Of a DNA stretch of 64,000 nucleotides, positions 29,588 to 37,824 are shown piece by piece. This DNA is from an uncultured Rikenella sp. (lineage in GTDB: Bacteria; Bacteroidota; Bacteroidia; Bacteroidales; VadinHA17): positions 2,301 through 66,300 of the forward strand of contig CAZHZC010000013.1 in the NCBI GenBank assembly GCA_964537135.1, in the 5' to 3' direction. The notes beneath the pieces are model-generated. The model did not search any database. It had not been told where the DNA came from and was given only the letters and a program-made list of their open reading frames with translations. Position numbers and translations under genes: made by a program. Numbering within the stretch: position 1 is the stretch's first letter; the number at the start of each line of letters is the position of its first letter.

Positions 29588-29726
29588 ACCGGCGATTTAA
29601 TTGACAAATATACAATTTCCGCAATCGATTTCTGAAAAGTGCGCTTCAGTAGCTCTTTCTTGCCCCATGGAAGTGTGTCACATTTATTTTGGATATATTT
29701 GCAACGGTTCATCTCCTCACAATTAT

Positions 29727-31910
29727 ATGGCGTACCCCTTTGTCAGACAACATGATGCAATGGACTGCGGGCCTGCCTGCATCAGTATGGTGGCACAGTG
29801 GCACGGCAAGCACTTCTCACTGGAGACTATCAGACAGAAGGCCTGGATCACCCGGCAGGGTGTCTCAATGATGGGTCTCAGCCAGGCTGCCGTGAGCATG
29901 GGGTTGACTGCTGTAGGGGTGAAGATACCTTTCAGCAGGCTGCGGAGTGATGCTCCCCTGCCAGCAGTGGCACACTGGCAGCAGAATCACTTTATTGTTG
30001 TCAACAGGATCAGTGACAGGATGGTATGGGTCAGTGACCCGGCCATCGGTCGTATCAGGATGAGCCATGATGAGTTTCTTAGGGGCTGGAGTACGGGCGA
30101 GAGAGAGGGTGAGAGGGAGGGTATGGCACTGCTGCTCACCCCGGGGCCCGGCTTCACCGATCAGCCTGATGACCCGCCTGCACGTAGCAGCTTTCGCTTC
30201 CTGCTGCCCTACCTGAAGTCCTATCGCAGACAGATCATATGGCTGTTTGCCGGACTGATAGCCTCAAGCGCCATACAGCTGGTCTTTCCCTTCCTCACCC
30301 AGGCAATAATAGACAGGGGGATAGCAGCACGTGACATACGTCTTATCTGGCTGATACTGGCCGGGCAGCTGGCACTGACGGCCGGCAGGATGGCTGTGGA
30401 GTTCAGTCGCGGCTGGCTGCTGCTTCACCTCGGCACACGGCTTAACATCAGGATAGTCTCTGACTTCCTGGCAAGGCTGATGGGGCTCCCCATCGCCTAC
30501 TTCGACACCAAGCTTAACGGTGATATCCTGCAGCGTATAGATGACAACAGCAGGGTAGAGGAGTATCTGACCTCCTCGAGCCTTACCATACTCTTCTCGC
30601 TCTTTAATTTTGTCATATTTGGTATTGTGCTGGGCATATATAGTATACCGGTACTGCTAGTATTTGTCTCCGGCACAGCACTCTATATCCTCTATGTCAC
30701 CCTCTTCATGCCTGCCCGTGAGCGGCTGGACAACAGGCGTTTTATGCAGATGGCTGAGGCGGGCAACAGGATCATCAACATTGTCAACGGGATGCAGGAG
30801 ATAAAGCTGGCAGGTAATGAGGCAGCCAACAGGCTTGAGTGGGAGAAGCATCAGAGAGAGGTTTACTCAACCCGGATCAGGGGGATGCGGATAATGCAAT
30901 TCCAGACAGCCGGCGGAACACTTATCCATGAGTCGGTAAACGTGATTATCACAATCATATCTGCCACACTGGTAATTGGCGGCTCAATGACCCTGGGGAT
31001 GATGCTGGCGGTACAGTTTATCACCGGCCAGCTGAATGGTCCGGTATCACAGATAGTGAGCCTGATGAGAGCGACACAGGATGCACGTATAAGCCTTGAA
31101 CGTATCAGTGAGGTGCATGAGATGACCTCCGAGACTGAAGATGATCAGCAGAAGGCAGCTATGCCTGCTGACGCGCCGGTGACCATCAGGGAGCTCTCAT
31201 TCAGGTATGAGGGGCCCGGCTCGCCATGGGTGCTGCATCGCCTCAACCTCAACATACCGGCCGGACGTATCACTGCTGTGGTGGGCGAGAGCGGGTCAGG
31301 AAAGAGTACCCTTCTTAAGATGCTTCTGGGCTATTACCGACCCGTTGAAGGAGAGATACTGATAGGGGGGAGGAGGCTGGAGGAGATATCTGTCTCATCA
31401 CTGAGAGAGAATACCGGTGTGGTGATGCAGGAGGGGTATATCTTCCCCGATACCATTCTGGGTAATATTGCCCCCGGTGAAGATGAGCCTGTGATGGAGA
31501 GGGTTGAGAGAGCCATTATGACTGCCAACCTCACACCACTGATAGAGATACTCCCGGCAGGCCTCAATACGATGGTGGGGCAGGGCGGTCACGGACTGAG
31601 CCAGGGACAGAAACAGCGGATACTGATAGCACGGGTGGTCTACAAGGAGCCGTCACTGCTGCTGCTTGATGAGGCTACCAGTGCCCTTGATGCCTCCAAT
31701 GAGAGAGTGATTGTTGAGAACCTGGCACAGTTTTATGCAGGACGAACGGTGGTGGTGGTGGCTCACCGGCTGAGCACGGTACGCCATGCTGACAACATAG
31801 TGGTGCTTGATCAGGGAAGGGTGACCGAGGAGGGTACCCACGATCAGCTCACCGCCCTCAGAGGTACATACTACAGGCTCATAAGAGACCAGCTGGAGCT
31901 GGGAGCCTGA
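29727..31910 (+). CDS. Peptidase-containing ABC transporter (C39 peptidase + TMD + NBD), double-glycine peptide exporter
   Basis: QHDAMDCG (Cys), NHFIVV (His), SDPA (Asp); Walker A GESGSGKST, signature LSQGQ, Walker B LLLLDE. Start set to ATG 29727, with TATATTTG at 29694-29701. Confidence 0.95.
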   Translation: MAYPFVRQHDAMDCGPACISMVAQWHGKHFSLETIRQKAWITRQGVSMMGLSQAAVSMGLTAVGVKIPFSRLRSDAPLPAVAHWQQNHFIVVNRISDRMVWVSDPAIGRIRMSHDEFLRGWSTGEREGEREGMALLLTPGPGFTDQPDDPPARSSFRFLLPYLKSYRRQIIWLFAGLIASSAIQLVFPFLTQAIIDRGIAARDIRLIWLILAGQLALTAGRMAVEFSRGWLLLHLGTRLNIRIVSDFLARLMGLPIAYFDTKLNGDILQRIDDNSRVEEYLTSSSLTILFSLFNFVIFGIVLGIYSIPVLLVFVSGTALYILYVTLFMPARERLDNRRFMQMAEAGNRIINIVNGMQEIKLAGNEAANRLEWEKHQREVYSTRIRGMRIMQFQTAGGTLIHESVNVIITIISATLVIGGSMTLGMMLAVQFITGQLNGPVSQIVSLMRATQDARISLERISEVHEMTSETEDDQQKAAMPADAPVTIRELSFRYEGPGSPWVLHRLNLNIPAGRITAVVGESGSGKSTLLKMLLGYYRPVEGEILIGGRRLEEISVSSLRENTGVVMQEGYIFPDTILGNIAPGEDEPVMERVERAIMTANLTPLIEILPAGLNTMVGQGGHGLSQGQKQRILIARVVYKEPSLLLLDEATSALDASNERVIVENLAQFYAGRTVVVVAHRLSTVRHADNIVVLDQGRVTEEGTHDQLTALRGTYYRLIRDQLELGA

Positions 31911-31922
31911 CAGGTGGCGGTG

Positions 31923-32117
31923 TCACTCCTTATCAGGATCTTTTCCGGAATATGGCTCATAGTCATCAGGCTTCTCCCGTGGACTCTCCTTCCTCTTTTC
32001 CCCTCCGGTGACATTACCATCGCTGCCAGACCTTCTCTTTTTTTGCATATTTCTATATGCCAGATAACCGGCCAGAGCAGTAAGCAACAGGATAAGAATG
32101 AACTGCATGGTTTCCAT
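31923..32117 (-). CDS. Small single-pass membrane protein (64 aa), unknown function
   Basis: N-terminal TM, basic stop-transfer, charged tail; own TAAATTTG box at 32144-32151. Confidence 0.65.
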   Translation of the reverse strand: METMQFILILLLTALAGYLAYRNMQKKRRSGSDGNVTGGEKRKESPREKPDDYEPYSGKDPDKE

Positions 32118-32302
32118 AAATTCAGAATATCAAACCCGATTGACAAATTTAAACTTTTTGACAATCAGAAGCTATTCATTCCCATTTAATTCAGGTATAG
32201 GTTTGACTTTTGCTAATATTCCATTATTTTCGTGGTTTGAAAAAAGGAGGTGAGCTGCACGCCTCCCGCCATTGGCGAAGCACTGAAGAAAAGGGATTTG
32301 AA

Positions 32303-34597
32303 ATGACAACAAAAGATCCGGAAAACTCTGTTCATAATGAACAATTCAATGACCCTGACAGGAACATTGAATCTATGGAGAATAACGATATACCGGTAAC
32401 TGCTCCGGAAGATACTGCTGAAGAGAGAGTTGCTCCACCGGCAGAGGAGAGCGGGGGCGGTGAGCCAAAGACAGCCGCTGAAGAGGAAAAACACCGGGAG
32501 GAGCAGAATGAGCCCGGAGAGAAGGAGGAGAATGAGACTGAGGAAAAGAAGGCGGAGGCTGTAGATCAGGTCGAAGGTGACGCTGAGGAGAAGAAGGCGG
32601 AGGCTGTAGATCAGGCTGAAGAGAAGGATACTGTCGATCAGGCTGAAGAGGAGAAAAAGGGTGATACTGATGAGAAGACTGTCGATCAGGTCGAAGGTGA
32701 AGCTGAAGGGAAGGTTGTAGATCAGACTGAAGAGAAGGATACTGTAGATCAGGCTGAAGAGGAGGAAAAGGATGATACTGATGAGAAGACTGTAGATCAG
32801 GTCGAAGGTGAGGCTGAAGAGAAGGAAGAGGAGGAGGAGGAGCTCAATTACGATGAGATAGAGCTGCCACCGGTAGATTATAGCGGCTTCTCAAGAAAGG
32901 AGCTGGTAGAGACCCTCGCCCTCATAGTGGAGAACAGGCCGCCAGCGGAGATCATTGATGATGTCAGCCGTATCAAGGAGCTCTTCTACAAAAAGAGCAA
33001 GGCTGAATTCAACGAGCGCAGGCTCGAATTTGCCAAGGAGGGTGGTAATATTGAAGATTACAGGCCTGAGCCTGATGAGCTGGAGGGTGAGATAAATACC
33101 ATTCTGCAGACCTACCGCAGTCGCAGAAGTGACTTCATTAAGGTTCAGGAGAGCGAGAAGCAGGAGAACCTGAAAAAGAAGCTGGATATCATTGAGCAGA
33201 TTAAGGATCTGGTAAACCGTGAGGAGGCAATAAACAAGACCTTCCAGGAGTTCAGGAACCTGCAGAATGCCTGGCATGCCATAGGCATCGTGCCACAGCC
33301 GGCAGTGAAAGATCTGTGGGAGAACTATCATCACAGCGTAGAGATATTCTATGACTATATAAAGATAAACCGTGAGCTGAGAGACCTGGACTTGCGTAAA
33401 AATCTCGAAGTCAAGGTATTACTATGTGAGAAGGCTGAGGAGCTGCTTCTTGAGCCCAATGCTGTGGCAGCCTTCAAGCAGCTGCAGGAGTACCACAACC
33501 AGTGGCGTGAGGTGGGTCCGGTACCGCATGAGCACAAGAATGAGATTTGGGAGCGGTTCCGTGAGGCTACCTCAAAAGTAAACAAGAGGCACCATGAGTT
33601 CTTTGAGAAGCAGAAGGATGAGCAGAAGCGTAACCTGGAGGCCAAGACCGAGCTGTGTAAGAGGGTTGAGGAGATAGCTGCCGGCGAGATACTCACTTTT
33701 GCCGATTTCAGGGAGAAGTCAGAGGCGATCCTGGAGGCTCAGAAGCTGTGGAAAACGATCGGGTTTGCTCCCAGGAAACATAATAACAAGATTTATCAGC
33801 GTTTCAGGGCAGCATGTGACACCTTCTTCGAAAAGAAGCGCACCTTTTTTGCCGAGAACAAGGAGACACAGGTGAGAAACCTGCAGCTCAAGACAGAGCT
33901 CTGTCTCAAGGCTGAGGCGCTGCAGGAGGGTACCGACTGGAAGGAGACCTCTGACATGCTGATAAGGCTTCAGAAAGAGTGGAAAGAGATCGGACCGGTA
34001 CCTAAAAAATATTCAGACAAGATATGGAAGCGGTTCCGAAGGGCATGCGACACCTTCTTTACCCGTAAGTCTGAATACTTCACCGGCCGTGACTCATCAT
34101 ACGAAGATAATCTCAATGCCAAACTGGCCATACTGGATGAGCTTGACCAGTTTGACCCGGGGGAGGATCTCAGGGCCGGGTTTGAACAGCTGAAGGATAT
34201 ACAGAAGCGATGGACTGATATAGGTTTTGTGCCATACAACAGGAAAGAGGAGATAGCACGGCGATACAAAGAGGCGCTGAACAGGCAGTTTGACAGGCTG
34301 AAACTTGATGATGAGGACAAAAATATTCTCAGATATCGTAGCAAGATTGACAGTGCCAGGTCAAACCCGCGCACCGCAAGGAAGGTGAGAGGTGAACGTG
34401 AGAAGTTCTACAGCAAAATCAGACAGCTGGAGAGTGATATTGTCCTTTGGGAGAACAATATAGGCTTCTTTGCAAAGTCGGCCAACGCTGACAGTATGAT
34501 AAAAGAGGTCGAAGAGAAGATAGCCAGCGCCAAAAGAGAGATAAAGATGCTCGAAGAGAAGGTGAGGCTGATTGATAACTCTATGTATGAGGAGTAG
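32303..34597 (+). CDS. DUF349 domain-containing protein with acidic repetitive N-terminus
   Basis: Repeated W..IG.VP......IW.RFR.A.D.FF units. Start set to ATG 32303. Confidence 0.88.
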   Translation: MTTKDPENSVHNEQFNDPDRNIESMENNDIPVTAPEDTAEERVAPPAEESGGGEPKTAAEEEKHREEQNEPGEKEENETEEKKAEAVDQVEGDAEEKKAEAVDQAEEKDTVDQAEEEKKGDTDEKTVDQVEGEAEGKVVDQTEEKDTVDQAEEEEKDDTDEKTVDQVEGEAEEKEEEEEELNYDEIELPPVDYSGFSRKELVETLALIVENRPPAEIIDDVSRIKELFYKKSKAEFNERRLEFAKEGGNIEDYRPEPDELEGEINTILQTYRSRRSDFIKVQESEKQENLKKKLDIIEQIKDLVNREEAINKTFQEFRNLQNAWHAIGIVPQPAVKDLWENYHHSVEIFYDYIKINRELRDLDLRKNLEVKVLLCEKAEELLLEPNAVAAFKQLQEYHNQWREVGPVPHEHKNEIWERFREATSKVNKRHHEFFEKQKDEQKRNLEAKTELCKRVEEIAAGEILTFADFREKSEAILEAQKLWKTIGFAPRKHNNKIYQRFRAACDTFFEKKRTFFAENKETQVRNLQLKTELCLKAEALQEGTDWKETSDMLIRLQKEWKEIGPVPKKYSDKIWKRFRRACDTFFTRKSEYFTGRDSSYEDNLNAKLAILDELDQFDPGEDLRAGFEQLKDIQKRWTDIGFVPYNRKEEIARRYKEALNRQFDRLKLDDEDKNILRYRSKIDSARSNPRTARKVRGEREKFYSKIRQLESDIVLWENNIGFFAKSANADSMIKEVEEKIASAKREIKMLEEKVRLIDNSMYEE
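32540..32825 (+). repeat. In-frame nested repeats (45-nt and 111-nt periods) encoding acidic VDQ(A/V)EE units
   Basis: GTAGATCAG anchors at 32561, 32606 (+45) and 32717 (+111); the 37-aa unit is nearly identical in both copies. Confidence 0.9.
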
Positions 34598-34703
34598 GTG
34601 ACTTCTCAGTACATATCAGTAGATAAGGCGGGGGCGGCTGAAGCAGATCACAAAAAAATCAACATCAACAATCTGAAGTTTATTAACCGGGAATCTTAAA
34701 ATA

Positions 34704-36677
34704 ATGGATAGGAACACTGTAACCGGCATCATCCTGATCTTCCTGATCTTCGTGGGGTTCAGCATGTATAACAATAACCGGATGAACAAGTTCTTCACTG
34801 CCGAGAAGGAGTATGCTGACTCACTCTATACTGCCGGTGACTATGACAATGCGCGTGATTCATATATAAGGGCTCTCAACTATAAGCCAAAGGATCAGCC
34901 TACCATTGACAGGGTCTATGAGCTTAACAACCGGCTGGGCCTCGGTACCGGTGAACAGAAGGGTACCTCTGATGAGTCGCCTCTCTCACCGCTCAACGCT
35001 GATGATAACCTGTTTTCCCACCCCGCTGACTCAGCCGCCCACTCTCAGTTTGGTGTCAGTGCCAGTGACAGTGCGAAGTTCTATACTATTGAGAATGACC
35101 TGATGACCATGAAGATTGCTGCCAATGGCGGTAAGCCCTATTCGGTCACCCTAAAGAACTATTCGGCCCATGACGGCACACCTATCGTTCTGTTTGACGG
35201 CGACTCAACAATCTTCGGATTTAAATTTTTTACTACCGACAATAAGCTTGTTGCTACCGATGAGCTGTGGTTTGAGCCTGTGGGATATGATGGTCCGGTA
35301 CTTGCCGACAAACGGCCCGCAAGCCTGACAATGAGGATGACAGCCGCCGGAGGAGCATCAATAGAGTATATCTACACCATGGAGCCTGACGACTATATGG
35401 TGAGCTTCGAGTCACGGTTCAGCTCGCTGGCTGCAGTGATACCCGCAAACACAACCTCAATAGCGCTCGACTGGAAGATGTATATCCCTCAGCAGGAGAA
35501 GGGAAGGCAGAACGAGGATATGTATACCGGTATCAAGTACAAGGTCTATCAGGAGAGTGTTGAAAACCTGGGAGGACAGCGGCAGCGGCAGAAAAAGAGC
35601 GTGCTGTCAGAGAACCTGATGAGGACCGACTGGATAGCCTACAAGGATCAGTTCTTCTCATCAGTGATCATTGCAGACGACTTTTTCCTCAATGCCTCTA
35701 TCAGCTCATCAAATACCGACCCCACATCACGTTACCTACGTTATTTTGAGTCGGAGATAGGGGTTCCCTTTGCTCATGGTGACAATACCGGAATGAAGAT
35801 GAGGTTCTATTTCGGACCCAACAGCTACACCATACTGAAAAAGTATGACCTCAAGCTGGAGGGACTGGTATTCCTGGGTAACAATATCATCAAAGGGATC
35901 AACCAGTTTGTCATAATACCGATCTTCAACCTTCTCAACAACCATATCGCAAACTATGGCATCATAATATTGATACTGACGCTGCTGATCAAGCTGGTTC
36001 TGGCACCCCTGACCCACAAGTCGTTTATCAGCCAGGCAAAGATGAGGGTGATGAAGCCAATGGTAGATGAGATCGCCAAGAAGTTTCCCAAGCAGGAGGA
36101 TGCCATGAAGAAGCAGCAGGCGACGATGGATCTCTACAAAAAGGCAGGAGTCAGTCCAATGGGAGGGTGCCTGCCCATGATGCTTCAGATGCCTATCCTG
36201 TTTGCAATGTTCCGTTTCTTTCCCACCTCAATAGAGCTGAGACAGCAGCCATTTCTATGGGCCAAGGACCTCTCAACCTATGACAGTATTCTTGACCTCC
36301 CCTTTACCATTCCCATGTATGGAGACCATGTGAGCCTCTTCACCCTGCTGATGACAGCCTCCACAATCATCTCAACCAGGCTGAGCAACCCGTCAGGAGG
36401 GCAGGAGCAGATGCCGGGAATGAAGTCTATGATGTACCTCATGCCGGTGATGTTCATGCTTATCCTAAACAACTTCTCGGCAGGACTAACCTATTACTAT
36501 TTCCTTGCAAACCTCATCTCGATAATACAGACACAGGTATCAAGACGGTTTGTCAGTGAGTCAGAGATACTGAAAAAGATCGAGGAGAACAGGAAGAAAC
36601 CGGTCAAGAAATCCAAATGGCAGCAGCGGCTGGAGGTGGCGGCAAAACAGAGCGGACGCCCTCTGCCTAAAAAATAG
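34704..36677 (+). CDS. yidC: Membrane protein insertase YidC
   Basis: N-terminal TM, periplasmic domain, NYGIIILILTLLIK, GGCLPMMLQMP, W..DLS..D motifs. Confidence 0.97.
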   Translation: MDRNTVTGIILIFLIFVGFSMYNNNRMNKFFTAEKEYADSLYTAGDYDNARDSYIRALNYKPKDQPTIDRVYELNNRLGLGTGEQKGTSDESPLSPLNADDNLFSHPADSAAHSQFGVSASDSAKFYTIENDLMTMKIAANGGKPYSVTLKNYSAHDGTPIVLFDGDSTIFGFKFFTTDNKLVATDELWFEPVGYDGPVLADKRPASLTMRMTAAGGASIEYIYTMEPDDYMVSFESRFSSLAAVIPANTTSIALDWKMYIPQQEKGRQNEDMYTGIKYKVYQESVENLGGQRQRQKKSVLSENLMRTDWIAYKDQFFSSVIIADDFFLNASISSSNTDPTSRYLRYFESEIGVPFAHGDNTGMKMRFYFGPNSYTILKKYDLKLEGLVFLGNNIIKGINQFVIIPIFNLLNNHIANYGIIILILTLLIKLVLAPLTHKSFISQAKMRVMKPMVDEIAKKFPKQEDAMKKQQATMDLYKKAGVSPMGGCLPMMLQMPILFAMFRFFPTSIELRQQPFLWAKDLSTYDSILDLPFTIPMYGDHVSLFTLLMTASTIISTRLSNPSGGQEQMPGMKSMMYLMPVMFMLILNNFSAGLTYYYFLANLISIIQTQVSRRFVSESEILKKIEENRKKPVKKSKWQQRLEVAAKQSGRPLPKK

Positions 36678-36777
36678 CGGTAAAAGGTGCTATAAGGCAC
36701 ATTTTTAATTTTTTCAACGCTAAATCTTACCGGCAAACGGGAAAATAAATTAATTTCGTGGAAGAAATCTAAATGAA

Positions 36778-37818
36778 ATGGGGAAAAAAGTTAAAAACAA
36801 AGACATTGCAGCGAGACTAGGTCTCTCCGGCACATTGGTATCACTGGTTCTAAACAACAAGGCTGACCAGCATGGTATAAAAAAAGAGACACAGGAGAGG
36901 GTGCTCGCCGTGGCGAGACAGATGGGCTACTTCGATACGGTGAGTGAGAAAGAGGAACCGGCAGCGACAGAGGAGAAGCCTGGTATTATCGGTATGGTGG
37001 TACCCTCTATGAATGACCCGTTTATCTATGAGATAACCCCCTACCTGCAGAAGGCATTCGCAAGTATAGGGCTGGGCTTCTCGGTCTTCACCAGAGACCC
37101 TGATGACCTTCGGTTTAACAGACTTATCAACTCACTGAAAAAATTCTTCAGCGGTATGATTGTGGTCGGTAATGCTGCCGAAGACAATATGGTCCGTGCG
37201 CTTAACCGTGACTCATACCCTTTGGTTCTGCTGGAGAAGAGCATCAAGCGTACCAGGCTCAATACTGTCACCTCTGACCGTGTTGCCGGTGTGGCCGTTA
37301 TGACACAGCACCTTGACCGTATGGGATTCAGAAACCTGCTGGTTCTCTCCGGTGAGGATAGTGCCAACTATGATAAGGAGATGCTCGAAGAGCTGAAGAA
37401 CAATACTAAAAAGTCAAAGGTATTCGATTCGGTGAACTTCACTGTCGCTTCCCTCCCTAAGGCGGGTGAGACCTTTGACTTCCAGGTGATAGAGAGCTTC
37501 CTCAGACCCCCACACCGGTGTGATGTGGTTATCACCCTCAACTCCGGGCTGGTCTTTCCGCTCTACCAGGCCCTGAATGAGAAGAATATCAGGGTGCCAC
37601 AAGACCTTGCAGTGGTCTCGATGGAGGACGGGATAGGGTTTGACCTTCTAAATACACCGGTCACCCGTCTGCGCAGGCCCCTGCCCGCCATGTCTCTTAA
37701 GGTGGCCAATATCATTTGGTCTGAAGTGAGAAACCAAGGTAAGAGCAAGTACAAGCGTCAGGTTAACCTGGCACCTGAGCTGCTGATCAGAAGCAGCTGC
37801 GGCTCTTACCAGAAATAG
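36778..37818 (+). CDS. LacI family transcriptional regulator
   Basis: N-terminal HTH (KDIA.RLGLS..LVSLVLN) and periplasmic-binding-like effector domain. Confidence 0.9.
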   Translation: MGKKVKNKDIAARLGLSGTLVSLVLNNKADQHGIKKETQERVLAVARQMGYFDTVSEKEEPAATEEKPGIIGMVVPSMNDPFIYEITPYLQKAFASIGLGFSVFTRDPDDLRFNRLINSLKKFFSGMIVVGNAAEDNMVRALNRDSYPLVLLEKSIKRTRLNTVTSDRVAGVAVMTQHLDRMGFRNLLVLSGEDSANYDKEMLEELKNNTKKSKVFDSVNFTVASLPKAGETFDFQVIESFLRPPHRCDVVITLNSGLVFPLYQALNEKNIRVPQDLAVVSMEDGIGFDLLNTPVTRLRRPLPAMSLKVANIIWSEVRNQGKSKYKRQVNLAPELLIRSSCGSYQK

Positions 37819-37824
37819 TTGCCT

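Noticed and set aside
29601-29726. Cys-rich N-terminal extension of the exporter predicted by the ORF track (and similar extensions at 17524-17646, 32210-32302, 10335-10373)
   Set aside because: These extensions run through TAnnTTTG promoter boxes or AT-rich intergenic DNA; the downstream ATGs fit the family N-termini better.
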